Below, piece by piece: positions 11,530 to 25,100 of a stretch of 64,000 bases of DNA; position 1 is the first letter of the stretch, and every line of letters starts with the position of its first letter. The DNA comes from Okamejei kenojei (lineage: Eukaryota): the NCBI GenBank assembly GCA_035221665.1, contig CM069135.1, positions 39,742,001 to 39,806,000 on the forward strand, written 5' to 3'. A model generated the notes under the pieces. It saw only the letters and a program-made list of their open reading frames with translations. It did no database searches and had not been told where the DNA came from. The translations under genes and the position numbers were made by a program.

Positions 11530-11920
11530 CACGCTTACTTAAAGTTAAATTGCTCCATATCTGTGATGGGGTTCTGACTTGTGGAAAACGGCTCGGATGT
11601 TTTCCTTCATCCCAGGAATCAACCTTGTGGCCCATCTCTGAAATGTCTCTATTGCAAATTATACAGATACCAAACTATACAGATTACACCACCTGAGATC
11701 TCGCCAATGCTCTGTTCATTTGCAAAAGACAGAACTTTTCTATTTGATTCCCCCTTGTAATAAATACACTTGCACTTGCATTCTATCTTTGTGTTTCAAC
11801 TGTTTCTCTCCATTTAAACAATAATTTGCTTTTCTATTCTTCTGCCAAAGTGAATAATCTCACATTTCCCTATAATATACTCCATCTGTCAAATGTTTGC
11901 CCTGCGACATAACCAGGTCA
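11530..11920 (-). mobile_element. Old degenerate CR1 RT fragments
   Basis: CATCCCAGGAATCAACCTTGTG and CCAAAGTGAATAATCTCACATTTCCC resemble other CR1 copies in the window. Confidence 0.6.
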
Positions 11921-12439
11921 TATCTCTCCACCGAGCATCTTGTTTTCCCTTTTTTATTTTTATCATTGGGGAAAACTCCAATACACGACACATGAATACA
12001 CAAATCCTTTACCAAGTAATCCTTAATTTACACTTCACTCTTCTTCTCTCCTTATTTGACATCCCTTTGTCTCTTTACATCCCAAGACTTGCTCCACCCT
12101 TCCCCCTCATCTGTAGCCACCCATTGCTTGCAATGGTTTCATGCATAGCCACTCGTGTACGTATAGTTCTTAATTTGCAACTCCTTCACGAATGGAAACA
12201 ACTGGTCCATATATAATCATTATCTTAAAATTCTTCCATCAGTTTACCCTTCAATATGGAGAAGAAATTCCAACCAAGTTTAAAGCCTTCAGTTCCTAGC
12301 CTACTGATGAAGTAGTCTATGTCCAAGGAGCTGCTCCTGCTTTAGAACTAGAATATTGCTGGACGAGCAGTGGGAACATAATCTGAACATATGGGTTAGG
12401 GTTCTGGATGCTGGTGGAATGTAGTGCTGGAGTTACTTG

Positions 12440-12765
12440 ATCAGCATCCAGAATTCTGTACCATTGCTCCAAATTCACGCAATTCCTGTTCCTGGTTTGG
12501 CTTCCTTTGCATCAGCGAGGCCAAGCGTAGACTCGGCAACCGGTTTGCTAAACTTTTGTACTCTGTCAGCCATGGCCGACTGGATCTCTTGGTTGCCAGC
12601 GATTTTAATTCCCCTTCTCCTTCCCATACTGACTTTTCTGTCCTAGTCCCACTCCATTGCTAGAGTGAGGCCACATGGTAACTGGAGGAATACCACCTCA
12701 TATTTTGCTTTGGTGGCTTACAACTCAATCGTATGAACATTGAGTTACCCAATTTTGGATAACTA
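12440..12765 (+). mobile_element. Penelope-like element GIY-YIG endonuclease fragment
   Basis: LCISEAKRRLGNRFA motif (degenerate YIGETKRRLGDRFA); homologous to 19190-19450. Confidence 0.8.
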
Positions 12766-12769
12766 ACCT

Positions 12770-14875
12770 AACCCAAAAAGGTTACCCCTCAGATTCCTAT
12801 TAAATCTTTTCCCCCAAACCTTGAACTTATGTCATCTGGTCCTAGATTCCCCTACTCTGGGCAAGAGACTCTGTGCATCTTCCCGATCTATACTAATCAG
12901 GATTTTGTACACCTCTATGAGATCACCCTTCATCCTCCTGTGCTCCATGAAATAGAGGCCCAGCCTACTCGACCTCTCCCTATAGCTCACGCCCTCTAAT
13001 CCTGGCAACATCCTCGTAAATCTTTTCTAAACCCTTTTGAACTTGAGAATATTGTTATATTGTTAATATGAATACCTGCAACTCTACATTCAAGGAACCA
13101 TGCACCTGTACTCCTAGATCCCTCTGCTCTACAACACCACCCAGATGCCTACCATTTACTGTGTAGGTCATGCCCTTGTTTGACATCCCAAAATGCAACA
13201 CCTCAGTTTTCTGTATTTAATTCCATCAACCATTCCTCGGCCCACCTGGCCATACGATCCAGATCCTGCTGCAATCATTCACAACCTTCTTCACTATCTT
13301 CAAAACCACTAACTTTTGTATCATCAGCAAACTTGCTAATCTTGCCCTGTATGTTCTCATCCAAATCATTGATGTAAACAGTAATGGGGCCCAGCACCGA
13401 ACCCCGAGGCACACCACTGGTCACAGGCCACCGGTCTGAGAAGAAACATTCCACGTCACCCTCTGCTTCCTTCCATGGAGCCAATTTGCTATCCATTCAG
13501 CTATCTCTCCTTGGATCCCATGTGATCTAATCTTCCAGAGCAACTTGCCATGCGGAACATCGTTGAATGCCTTATTGAAGTCCATGTACACAACATCTGC
13601 AGCTCGGCCCTCATCAACCTTTTTGGTCACGTCTTCAAAAAAAATCAATCAGATTTGTGAGACACTACCTTCCATGTATAAAACCATGCTGACTATCCCT
13701 AATCAGCCCTTGCCCATCCAAATGCCTGTATAACCTATCCCTCAGAATACTCTCCAGTAACTTACCAGCTACAGATGTGAAGCTCACCGGCCTATAGTTC
13801 CCAGCATTTTCCCTGCAGCCCTTCTTGAAAAGAGGTACAACATTTGCCACCCTCCAGTCTTCAGGCACCTCTCCTGTATTGAAGGATGACTCTTAAATCT
13901 CAACCAGGGTTCACGTAATTTCCACTCTAGTTTCCCGCAATGTCCTCGGATATATCTGATCAGGCCCTGGAGATTTGTCTAATTTCAAACACGACAGTGT
14001 CTTCAGTATTTCTTCGACAATGACCCTGGCTGCTCCAATTTCCTCAGTAAATACAGAGGAGAAATACTCATTTAGGACCTTGCCCATCTCCTGTGGCTCC
14101 ACACAGAGGTGACTGCTTTGATTCCTGAGAAGTCCCACCCTCTAGTTACCCTTTTTCCCCTTGTGTATTTAGAATATCTTTTGGGATTGTCCTTAATGCT
14201 ACCCGCCAGAGTTATCTCCTGGCCCCTTTTTGCCCTTCAAATTTCCTTTTTTAGTTTACACCTTAGTTCCTGAAACACCTCCAGGGATGCACTTGATCCC
14301 GGCTACCAATACCTGTCCCATGCATACTTCTTGTTTTTGACTAATGTCTCAATTTCCCTTGTCAGCCAAGCTTCCTTGCGTTTGCTTGCTTCTCCGCACA
14401 CACTTGATTAACTTGCCCTTCCCAATTTCCCAATATTAGATCCACCGTTGCCCTCTCATGTGTGGGGGCCTCCACATACTGCTTAAGACTCTTCTGAACA
14501 CTTTTGAGGAATTGCACCCCATCTGAACCCTTCATGATATGATGTTCCCAGTCTATAATGGGAAAGTTTAAATCCGCTACTACAACAATCTTATTTGACC
14601 TGCTCTCCCGGAACATTTGCTCTTCTAATTCCCATTGACTATTCGGGGGTCTGCAATACATCCTTTTCTTGTTCCGCAGCTCCACCCATATAGCCTCAGT
14701 AAACAAACCGTCCATAATGTCACCTCTGAACACGGCTGTGACATCCTCCTTAACCAACAATGCAAAATCCAACCCCCCCCCCCCCCCCCCCCCCTGGTTT
14801 TCCCCTCACCCCTGTCTGTCGTGAAGCTCCTGTACCCCGGAACATTGAGCTGCCAGTCCTGCCCCTCCCTTAATC
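12770..14875 (-). mobile_element. CR1 LINE ORF2 (APE endonuclease and RT), degenerate
   Basis: KSPGPD, PEDWRVANVVPLFKKG, MDFNKAF, GVPRGSVLGP, SKFADD, VELRN motifs in consecutive ORFs. Confidence 0.93.
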
Positions 14876-15153
14876 AGTACTTCCTTGTTTCTTCAGTCTC
14901 TGCTACTTTCCTGGATGTGTTTCTATCAAGAATGCATATATTTTGTTGTTTGATTTCTCTTTTACTCCAAATATTACTTCCCCAACAATAATTCCCCTTG
15001 ACCTGGCCTGTTTTCAACAATATCGCGGGGTGCACGTCTTTGGAACTTCTCTTATTTCAATCATTATAGATTTAAGTTGGCAATACAAGACTTTGTTAAA
15101 CTAACAGGAGGAAGAAGGAAAGGATTTGCCTCTTTAATTCAGTATGTAATCTG

Positions 15154-15985
15154 TATAACCATATAACCATATAACAATTACAGCACGGAGACAGGCCCTC
15201 TCGGCCCTTCCAGTCCGTGCCGACCATTTGTTTTCCCCTAGTCCCATCTACCTGCACTCAGACCATACCCCTCCATTCCCTTCACGTCCATATACCTATC
15301 CACTTTACTTTTAAATGTTAAAATCGATCCTGCCTCCACCACCTCTGCTGGAAGCTCATTCCACACAGCCACCACCCTCTGAGTAAAGAAGTTCCCCCTC
15401 ACGTTACCCCTAAACTTCTGTCCCTTAATTCTCATGTCATGCCCTCTTGTTTGAATCTTCCCTACCCTCAATGGGAAAAGCTTATCCACGTCAACTCTGT
15501 CTATCCCTTTCATCATTTTAAAGACCTCAATCAAGTCCCCCCTTAACCTTCTGCGCTCCAAAGAATAAAGACCTAACTTGTTCAACCTTTCTCTGTAACA
15601 TAGTTGCTGGAACCCTGGCAACATTCTAGTAAATCTCCTCTGTACTCTCTCTATTTTGTTGACATCCTTCCTATAACTAGGCTACCAAAATTGTACACCA
15701 TACTCCAGAATTGGTCTTACCAATGCCTTGTACAATTTTAACATTACTTCCCTACTATATTCAATGCTCTGATTTATAAAGGCCAGCACACCAAAGGCTT
15801 TCTTTACCACCCTATCTACATGCGATTCCACCTTCAGGGAACTATGCACAGTTATTCCTAGATCCCTCTGTTCCACAGCATTCCTCAATTCCCTACCATT
15901 TACCATGTACGTCCTATTTTGATTTGTCCTGCCAAGATGTAGCACTTCACACTTATCAGCATTAAACTCCATCTGCCATCTTTCA
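15154..15985 (-). mobile_element. Young CR1 3' fragment
   Basis: ORFs 15238-15624 and 15682-15972; TAACCATA tail repeats; TTCAGTATGT repeated at 15138-15147 and 15982-15991; near-identical to the copies at 48.9 kb and 60.4 kb. Confidence 0.95.
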
Positions 15986-17299
15986 GTATGTTTCCTGATG
16001 TAACCCAGCTACAGTAAAACAGAATTTGAGCAAATAATGTACACTGCTATGACAACAGCACCAAAAAGCAGCAAGCAAACAAATTAATCTGATACACAAT
16101 ATTGCCTTTGTACATTTACACTGTGTTAAGATGTTTTGGTCTTAAGATATTGAGTCTTATATTTCTTCTTTGTGTAGTGAATGAGCCCTTTCATGCTTTT
16201 TATTATATTAACCAATTATCAAAGTTGCCTTGGAATGCTTGCATAAAGAGATGTCATGATTTTGCTTGTAAATATTGAAATATTCTTTGCAATGACAATC
16301 AAATAACTACTGAAATAAAAACATTTGATTTATACTTCAGATATTATTATCTCTGAGTTTCACCTCCTAAGTTATGAAGTAGGAACAGCTTCATATGCCA
16401 TAGTTATATCCTGTGATAGTGGAAGTTTGTCAAATTTGGGTCAACAGAAGAGTGGGACATTATTCAATTTAAATTCAGTAATATTAAATAAAGCTTGAAC
16501 TAATTTATAAAGACTTCTGTCAGTTGTTCCTGCCTTCCATTAAAGCTTTAGCTCAACTTGTTACTTGGTGATGCTGGGATATCTTGGGGGTCAGATTAGC
16601 AATGACTGCAGCCTGACTCCCTGCTCAGGTTTCTGCTTGGATGGCCATTCTCGAACTTGATCATGTAAAATTAGCACGTAAACATGATCGGCAACCTGCT
16701 GAATACACAGCGACAGATTTCCTCAGAAACTGCACTGCTGTGCAAGTGATAAGAAGTCAGGACTTTAACTTGGGCTGCAAATCGTACAGCAAAATTACAA
16801 AAAGAAAATGACAGAAGAACACGAAGAAGTTATGTACATTGGGAGTCCAACAGGATCTATATGGTCATGGGTAATTAAAAATATATATATTTAATGGTTG
16901 GCAAAAATATGTTGAGCAGAATTATTTAAGTGAATGGAATAACTACTGCTGGATCTGCGTGTGCATTTGATGCTAACAATGGAATCATAATAATTGCAGA
17001 CTTTGAAATGTCTTGGGGATATCTGAAGCAATACAATCCGCTTTTGTTGGGAATTAAGTTGTTTATAATTTTTTTCTCTATTTAATGTTTTATTGAGCTG
17101 GTTTAGATATTTAAAAGTTTGTTTCTGGATATTGTGATGTACCTCTTAGTTGGTCCACTTTGCGTGTTACTTCACGTTCAAGAATTTCTGAACTTCCCTC
17201 ATCCATTTTTGTGTCCATGACAAGTCCAACCATACACCAGTGGAAAGGGAGCCCAAAAGTAAACACCTAAGATGGTTGAGATTCCAATATTCTAGTTTC

Positions 17300-17830
17300 C
17301 TTCTCCTAAAGAATTAGTAACACTGCATATAAATGAAGCCTCCAATGGATTTTGAGGAAATCTTGTTTCTTAAAGGTGCACTAACCAGTTGAAAGAAAGT
17401 AGATGGTCCCGATATATGGTTCCCGGCAGATCGTTGTTTGAAAGCAGTAGGGGAGATGAAAAGCACTTGGAAATCACAGGAGTATGGTGAGCTTGTTGAA
17501 TCTATCACCAGGATCTCTGGCATTTATTCATTCCACATGTCACCCAGCAACAGCACAGAATGAGGGACCGACTGTCTTCTGAGTGATCAAATAAATGGCA
17601 AAAAAAGTGACTGTCAAATGTGAGGACAATCCACTGCAAAGCGGTAAGATTGCATGATGTAAATGGTGAGGTGAGACCAGGAATCGTAGGGTGGAACTGA
17701 TTCCATGGTAGAAGGTTTGGAGAGAGATGTATGTGGTCTACTGATTTCCAGGTTTGCTGGAAGGCTCGGGTAGGTTGGTGGAGAAAGCAGGGAGAGGGGA
17801 AAAACATATAGAGCACTGTACCCCCTCTCG
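17300..17830 (-). mobile_element. Old Penelope-like fragment (C-terminal/GIY-YIG region)
   Basis: Degenerate similarity to the PLE at 19.4-19.8 kb (IY-x-x-C segment and preceding C-rich tract). Confidence 0.45.
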
Positions 17831-18992
17831 GCATTCAAACCCTGCAGGATGGAAAATAAAAACATCCTCTTAAGCCAGCTGTACCCTTTTCCATTTTGCT
17901 GTCCGTATCGCCAATCCTGAGTGACCTGACCTGCAGCTGTTCGAGCAAACCTTCCCTGCAAAATCGGCACTTTCTATCACATCGCTCATATTCATCTGTT
18001 TAAACTTCAAGGTGAGTGGTTCTATGGCTTGCGCAGTAGATCCTCCAGATCGAAACACAGGTGACATTTTGGTTTGGGACCTTTCTTCAGTCTGATTGTG
18101 GTTGGGAGGGAGAAAGGTGGGGGCAGAAGAAAGCTAGTGGATACAGGTGAGGATGTATCAAAAACAACTCTACTAGCATCGGCTATAATTAACTATATAA
18201 ATTGGCTCCCAATGTGCTATTTTGAATGTGCTCAGCATGACTTGGCCCAAAGGCACATCAATAATTCTGTCAGGAACCATGCTCAATGCAACTGATATAA
18301 ATTAATTGTTTCTTGATATGATTGAATATTGAAAGAGTTAGTTCTTGCCAAACCTGAAATTTCATTAAGAATTTGAAATAATCTTCGAACAGAATGTGTT
18401 TTGGAATGTGCGAACTCCACGCAGGGAGCACTATCGATCAGGATAAAACCTGTCACGGAGGCTGTGAGGCAGCAGTTTTTAGTTGGGCAATGGTGCCACC
18501 CTTTTGTGGGTTGTAAAATGGTTCTTCGCATGTTAAACATGTGAAGCAGTGTGTTTTTTAATGGACAAATAATTCTGTTTCTATTTGCAGAAGGTTTCAA
18601 ATTTTATGCAAAGGAACCTCCTAGAATATATAACACTCTCAGTCACTGTGCATGAAAGACAGCATAAGTTGTAGGAAGCAAAACATGATGGCAAAGAACA
18701 TTTTCACGATTTTACTCAAGTAGTCCAAAAGCAAAATCCTGCTGTTCACTAATCAGATTATTTTTTTGAGGGGAGTGCATAAAAAAACATGCAAAAGTTA
18801 ATATTGTGGATGTCAGTTAAGAATGTTTTTGACAATTCTTCCAGAGCGAGGATTTGGGATGAAGGAATTACTGTTTATAAAAAATAAAAAGATTTTGTTT
18901 TTTAAGGAACACAGAGTGCAACCTTTACAAAGATGAATTGACACCAACTTTAAACTTACTCAATATAATCGGCTATAAATGGAAAATTGGAG

Positions 18993-20785
18993 GTAGACAA
19001 AAATGCTGGAGAAACTCAGCGGGTGAGGCAGCATCTATGGAGCAAAGGAAATGGGCAATGTTTCGGGTCGCGACCCCTCTTCAGAATAATGGGTGGGGGT
19101 TGGAAGAAGAAAGGTAGAGGTGGAGACAGTGGGCTGAGAGAGAGCTGAGAAGGGGAGGAGATAGTAAGGACTGCCTGAAATTAGAGGTCAATGTTCATAC
19201 TGCTGGGGTGCAAACTGCCCAAGTGAAATATGAGGTGCTGCTCCTCCAATTTACGGTGGTCCTCACTCTGGCCATGGAGGAGGCCCAGGACAGAAAGGTC
19301 GGATTCAGAATGGGAGGGGAAGTTGAAGTGCTAAGCCACCAGGAGATCAGGTTAGTTATTGCGAACCGAGTGGAGGTGTTGGGCGAAACGATCGGCAAGC
19401 CTACGCTTAGTCTCACCAATGTACAGCAGCTGACTTCTAGAGCAGCGGATGCAATAGATGAGGCTGGAGGAGGTGCCGGTGAACCTCTGCCGCACTTGGA
19501 AGGACTGCTTGGGTCCTTGAATGGAGTCAAGGAGGGAGGTAAAGTGACAAGTGTAGCATTTCTTGCAGTTGCAAGGGAAAGTGCCAGGTGAGGGAGTAAT
19601 ATGGGTGGGAAGGGAAAAATTGACTAGGGAGTTATGGAGGGATGGGTCTCTGTGGAAAGCAGACAGCAGAGGAGATGGGAAGATGTGGCAAGTGGTGGGA
19701 TCACATTGGAGGTGGCGAAAATGACGGAGGATTATTTGTTGTTCGTGATGGGTGGAAGGTGAGGACAAGGGGATTCTGCCCTTGTTACGAGTGGGGGGGG
19801 GGGGGGTGGGGAGAGAGCAGAGTCACTGGGTATAGAAGAGACCCTGGTGAGAGCCTCATCTATGGTAGAAGAGGGGAACCCCCATTCCCTGAAGAATGAG
19901 GACATCTCCGATGTCCTGGTGTGGAACACTTCATCCTGGGTGCAGATGCGGCGTAGACGGAGGAATTGGGAGTAGGGGATGGAGTCCTTACAGGAAGTAG
20001 GGTGGGAACAAGTGATGTCCAGATAGCCATGGGAGTCAGTGGGTTTATAGTAGATGTCGGTCAGTACTCTATCACCTGGGATGGAGATAGTGAGGTCAAG
20101 AAATGGTAGGGAAATGGTCCAAGTCTATTTGAGTGCCGGATGGAAGTTAGTGGCGAAATGGATGAAGTCAGTGAGTTGTGTGTGGGTGCAGGAGGTAGCA
20201 CCAATGGAGTCGTCGATGTAGCGGAGGTAGAGTTTGGGGATAGGGCCACGGTACAACTCGAACAAGGATTGTTTGACGTACCCTACAAAGAGGCAGGCAT
20301 AGCTAGGGCCCATGTGCGTGCCCATAGCTATACTTTGCATTTGGAGGAAATGGGAGGAGTCAAACGAAAAGCTAAGGGTAAGGACCAGCTCCACTACGCG
20401 GAGGAGAGTATCAGTAGACTGGGATTGGTTAGTTCTCTGTTCGAGGAAGAAACGGAGGGCTTTGAGATCCTCCTGGTGGGGGATGGAGGTGTAGAGTGAC
20501 TGGACATCCATGGCGAAGATGAAGGAATGGGGGCCTAAAAATCTGGAAGTCCTGGAGTCGACGAAGAGCGTGCAAGGTATCTTGAACATAGGTGGGGAGG
20601 GATTAAACCATGGGGGATTGGATGGAGTCGAGGTATGTGGAAATAAGTTCAGTGAGACACAGACAGGCAGAAACAATGGGTCTGCCAGGACAGTCAGGTT
20701 TTTGGGTTTGGGGGAGAAGGTAAAATCGGGCCGTGCGTGGCTGGGGAACGATGAGGTTGGAGGCTCGGGAGGGCAGAGAGGCGGT
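18993..20785 (-). mobile_element. Penelope-like element, 5'-truncated (RT, GIY-YIG and 3' terminal repeat)
   Basis: FYLLP..KPDCPGRPIVS, MDVQSLYTSIP, AMGTHMGPSYA, YLRYIDD, IYCIRC...YIGETKRRLADRFAQH. Confidence 0.95.
19056..19084 (-). ncRNA. Minimal type-I hammerhead ribozyme motif in PLE terminus
   Basis: Minus strand reads CTGAAGA-G-GGGTCGCGACCC-GAAAC-ATT: intact core boxes, stem II hairpin and vestigial stem III, as described for PLE hammerheads. Confidence 0.7.
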
Positions 20786-21099
20786 GTTGATTAATTGGGC
20801 TAGCTCTATTCGGTTTTCATAAATTATGACACAAGTTCTGACATCTGACACAAACAAAATTAATTTTAAAAGATTAAGACATTGGATAGTGAGCTCTTTG
20901 AGAGTGGAGAGCAGTCATCTTGCTGACAAAAGGTAATTTAACAAAATCGTGCAACAAGGTTTTTTTTGCTGGTTTAATGTGTACCCATTTGAGAAGGCTG
21001 GACATAGAGAGAAGCAAGTGTCCAAATGGCTGGGTAACAGGCAGAGCAACGAATGAAAGGAAGGCAAGGTATAACAGAGTGGCCTGTTCACACTGGCTG

Positions 21100-21672
21100 T
21101 GCTGAGGCAGTGTGCTGTGTTGAGGAAAAGTGCAACTTGAGGCTTTTGCTCGAGAGACTTCGGTGAGAAGGGCAAGCCCAGAGCAGCAGCAGCAAGCGTG
21201 AAGTATAAATAGCTGTTGGAAATAAATAAAGGCAGCGTGCAGGATCATGTGATGTGCTGTAGCTGCATGATGTGGGTGCTGGTGGACCCCTTGGTGGTTC
21301 TTGGCTACATCTGCAGCAAGTGTTGCTTGATTGAGGAACTCTGGCTCAAAATTGATGACCTGGAATCTGAACTTCAAACACTGCGGCTGATTGGAGGTGG
21401 GGAGAATTACCAGGACGTTAAGATTCTGTAGGCAGTCATGCCCATTATTTTAACTGCTTCCAATTTGGTCCGGAGAAGAAGGGTGTGCCTGCAACTGAGG
21501 AAGGTCGGGAGTTCCAAGAAGCATTGTGAGAGGACCCTTGGCCCACGAGCTTGTCCGGCAGGCCTGAGATGTGCAGACAAATGTGGAGGGTGTAGGAAGG
21601 ATGAACAACATAACCATGGCACTGTGGAGTAAACCTGATGGGCTGAATGGCCTAATGCTGCCCCTATGTCTA
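21100..21672 (+). mobile_element. CR1 5'UTR/ORF1 fragment joined to a ~40-nt CR1 3' tail
   Basis: CCSCMMW...YICSKC...ELWLKIDDLESELQTLR (zinc finger and coiled coil of CR1 ORF1), then GATGGGCTGAATGGCCTAATGCTGCCCCTATGTCT tail. Confidence 0.75.
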
Positions 21673-22164
21673 ATTAATGTTTTATTGTGGACAATTTCTC
21701 CTGAAATGTTAATTTTTGCTTTATTAGCTTTAAAAAATATATAATTGCACAGCAAACTGTTTTGATAAACGTCAGTGAGACCAAAGATGGGTTTGTTCAA
21801 AGTAGCGAGCAGGTCAGGCAGAGTCTGTGGAGACAGAGTCGTCGTTTCAGTTTCTAAATATTTTGCAAGAATCCTACTCAATTAGTTAATCACAGTTTTG
21901 CACTACACAGCAGTTGGATAATTCCTGCTCTTTTAGCTGAGTTTCAGTGATCCTTGCATCTTTAAGTTAAGCTGACATAAAGGGCATGCATTATGATTGT
22001 CACTGTGGTTATGTTTTCAGATATTTTGAGAACAGTGTCACCTTTGAACAAACAGTTTAAACTCAAAGCTCAATGATGATATAAACTCTTTTTAAATAGT
22101 GATCTCATAGATGTTATTCCAATGTTCATTTGATGAAGATCGATGCTTGAACTGCAATTTCTAG

Positions 22165-25100
22165 CACGAGGTAGTGCTTCCCGTGCCAGTCAAAGATATC
22201 AGCAGCCACTGATGACCATGGTAGAGAGGGAGCTGGCTGAGACAGCAGGGGTTGTTTTTGCTGGTGTGGTGCCTGCCTGTTACAGATCGCGCATGATTCT
22301 GTTTTCTCCCAAATATACTTGGTCATTCCGGGCCAGTAGATCATTTCTTTTGCACGTTGTAGGGTAACCTCCATGCCCGGGTGACCACCATGGATTTCCT
22401 TATAGTACTCGTTTCGCAGGGATGAGGGGAAGACCGTCTTGTGACCCTTGACAATCACTCCATCCTGTAGTACTAGTTCGTCACGTACCAGGAAGTAGGG
22501 TCGTAATTCAAAAGGGTTTTAGGCTGTTTGTTTGGCCACCCGCCTTTGATGATGGAAGTTAGCAGTTGGGAGGTTTTATCTGCAGCTGTGTGTTCGGCAA
22601 GGCGGCGCAAGTGGTTGGTGGGAACAAACGAGACTTTCAGGACGGAGAATTTGTCCTGTTCGAATGGGTGTTCGCTGGTGGTGCGTGGCGCTCTAGATTG
22701 AGTGTCTGCGATGTGCATGTCTTTCCCTTTTTGTAGACAATGTGAAAATCAAATCATTATAGCTACGTCATCATGCGTTGAAGTCTGGCTGGGGCAGCAT
22801 GGATCGGTTTGCTAAGGATAGTGACTAGTGGTTGAAGGTCAGTCTCTACCGTGAAGGTCTTGCCAAAAATAAAGTCTTTAAATTTCGAACAGGCGAAAAC
22901 CACGGCAAGCAGTTTCTTCTCTATCTGTGCGTAGCGTTGTTCAATATCAGTTAAGGTGCGCGATGCGTAGGATACAGGCATCACGTCGCTGTTGGAGGTT
23001 TGCAGGCATGCTGCGCCTAGTCCATACTGGGATGCATCGCAGGTGATTGTGACTGGCAGATTGATGTTGAAGTATGCCAGGGTTGGTGCACTAGCGAGCT
23101 GTAACTTTAAAGTCTTGTAAGCTTATTGATGCTGTGGGTACCAGGACCAGGTGTTGTCCTTGTGGGTTAATTGTCACAGTGGGGCTGCCAATTCTCTGAG
23201 ATTGGGGATGAATTTGCCCAAGTAGTTGACCATACCTAAAAATCGTTGTAAGCTGGTGACGTTGGTTGGTACTGGCAGCTCGTTAATCACTGCAGTCTTC
23301 AGCGGGTCAGGCTTTAACCAGTTGCTGGTGAACACGTAACCAACGTAAGTGACTTCTGGAACTCTGAACTTGCACTTCAGTGGGTTCAGTTTTAAATTAA
23401 TATCTCTGGCACGGTTCAACACCTGCCGTAGCTTGGCAACATGCTCGGTTGCGTCTCGGCCGTAAACTAGGATGTCGTCAACAATGATGGCACAAGGGTA
23501 TTCTGTGAACAGCTGTTCCATTGCGCGCTGGAAGACTTCACTAGCAGAGTTGGTACTGAAAGGCATTCTGAGAAATCGGTAGCGGCCGAACGGAGTAGCG
23601 AAAGTTATTAGCGCAGATGATGCACGGTCTAAAAGAGCTTTTGGCATCTAGGACTGAGAATACAGTTGCAATACCGATCCGTGCCGCTACGTCCTCAGTG
23701 GTTCTCATCGGGTAGTGTTCGCGTTTAATTGCTGTGTTCAAATCTTTAGGATTGATGCAGATGCGTAATTCCTTTTTGTCTTTCTTGGTGGTGATGACCA
23801 TGGTGGAGACCCAGTCTGACGGTTCGCTGCCTTCGGCAATAACTCCGATGGAGACCATACATTTGTGTTCATCGTGTATTTCCTCTCGCATGCCGTGAGG
23901 GACGTGGTGAGGTGCACGTACAATTAGGGTGACCGAATGGTCAATAGTGATCTTATATATTGTCGGTAACTTGCAGAGTTTGTCATCAAACAAGTCCTTA
24001 TAGTTGGATAATATTTGTTGTATTTGTTCCTCTGTTAGACAGAGTTTGTGGACAGCACTCCCGAAATAAACCAGACCCAAGTCATGGCATGCGTTGATGC
24101 CAAGCAAGGTTTCAGAACTTGGATGGGCAATGTAAAAAAGAGTAAGGTCTTTGTTGATGGTACATTTCAGATCAGCTTACCCAGTGGGTGTAGAATTGCT
24201 CCTCCATAAGCATGTAGAGTGGAGGAGTCTTTTTTTTCATGTGCTCAGTGGTTCTTATCTTGTTGAACACTTTGAGTGACATGACGTTTACTCTGGCGCC
24301 GGTATTGACTTTGGCGATCCGAGGTTTGTTAACGATTGTCATGGTCACCGCAGGATCAGTCATTTTGCCTGGAGTGCGCAGGTTTAGGGAAAGTACAGTA
24401 GACTCGGTGTCTGTGTTATCTGAGTCATTCCCGTGGGAAGATTCTTCCTGTTCATGGGAATCGGACGGGTCTTGTTGAATCCGGTGCACCTTTGTCCTTG
24501 AAGCTGTACTCCCTCTAGACTGACAACAATTAGCAAAGTGGTTGTGTTTCTTGCAATTATGACATACATTCCCATGGGCTACGCAAAATTAGCACCCCCT
24601 GGGTTGGAAATAGTTACAGTTAGAGCAGGCACATTTTGATCTTTGCAGGACGCATTGAGAAATCTTTGTGGAGAATAGCTAGCCTGATTCACATTAAGTT
24701 GTTGATGAGAGTTAACGCTATCAAAGTCAGCAAGTGGTGCTACAATCTCAGCCATCCGACAAGCATGAATCGTTTGCTCCAAAGTCAGTTCAGCGTTCTG
24801 CAACAGTTCGGCTCTTAACTTGCGGTCGCTTATTCCTCCCACAATTTTATCACGTACTAGCTCATTTGTCAACTCACCAAATCTGCATTGAGAGCTGATG
24901 TGTGTCACTGTTGCACTTGGGGGGGGGAAAAAATCTCGTCCTCTCGAGGATCCTCTCTAAACTTCCTCAGCAGAACCGTCGTCAATAATTTCAGCCGGCA
25001 CCACTACCAGACCATTCCCGTCTAGTTGAGCTAGTGCAAATCCAAAAGAGTCAGTGCGGATCATAGCTTCCGGACCCGCTAAATTCAACTGCAGCGATGC

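Noticed and set aside
16560-16775. Exon-like segment on the minus strand
   Set aside because: Good acceptor but stops in all frames; at best non-coding or a pseudo-exon.
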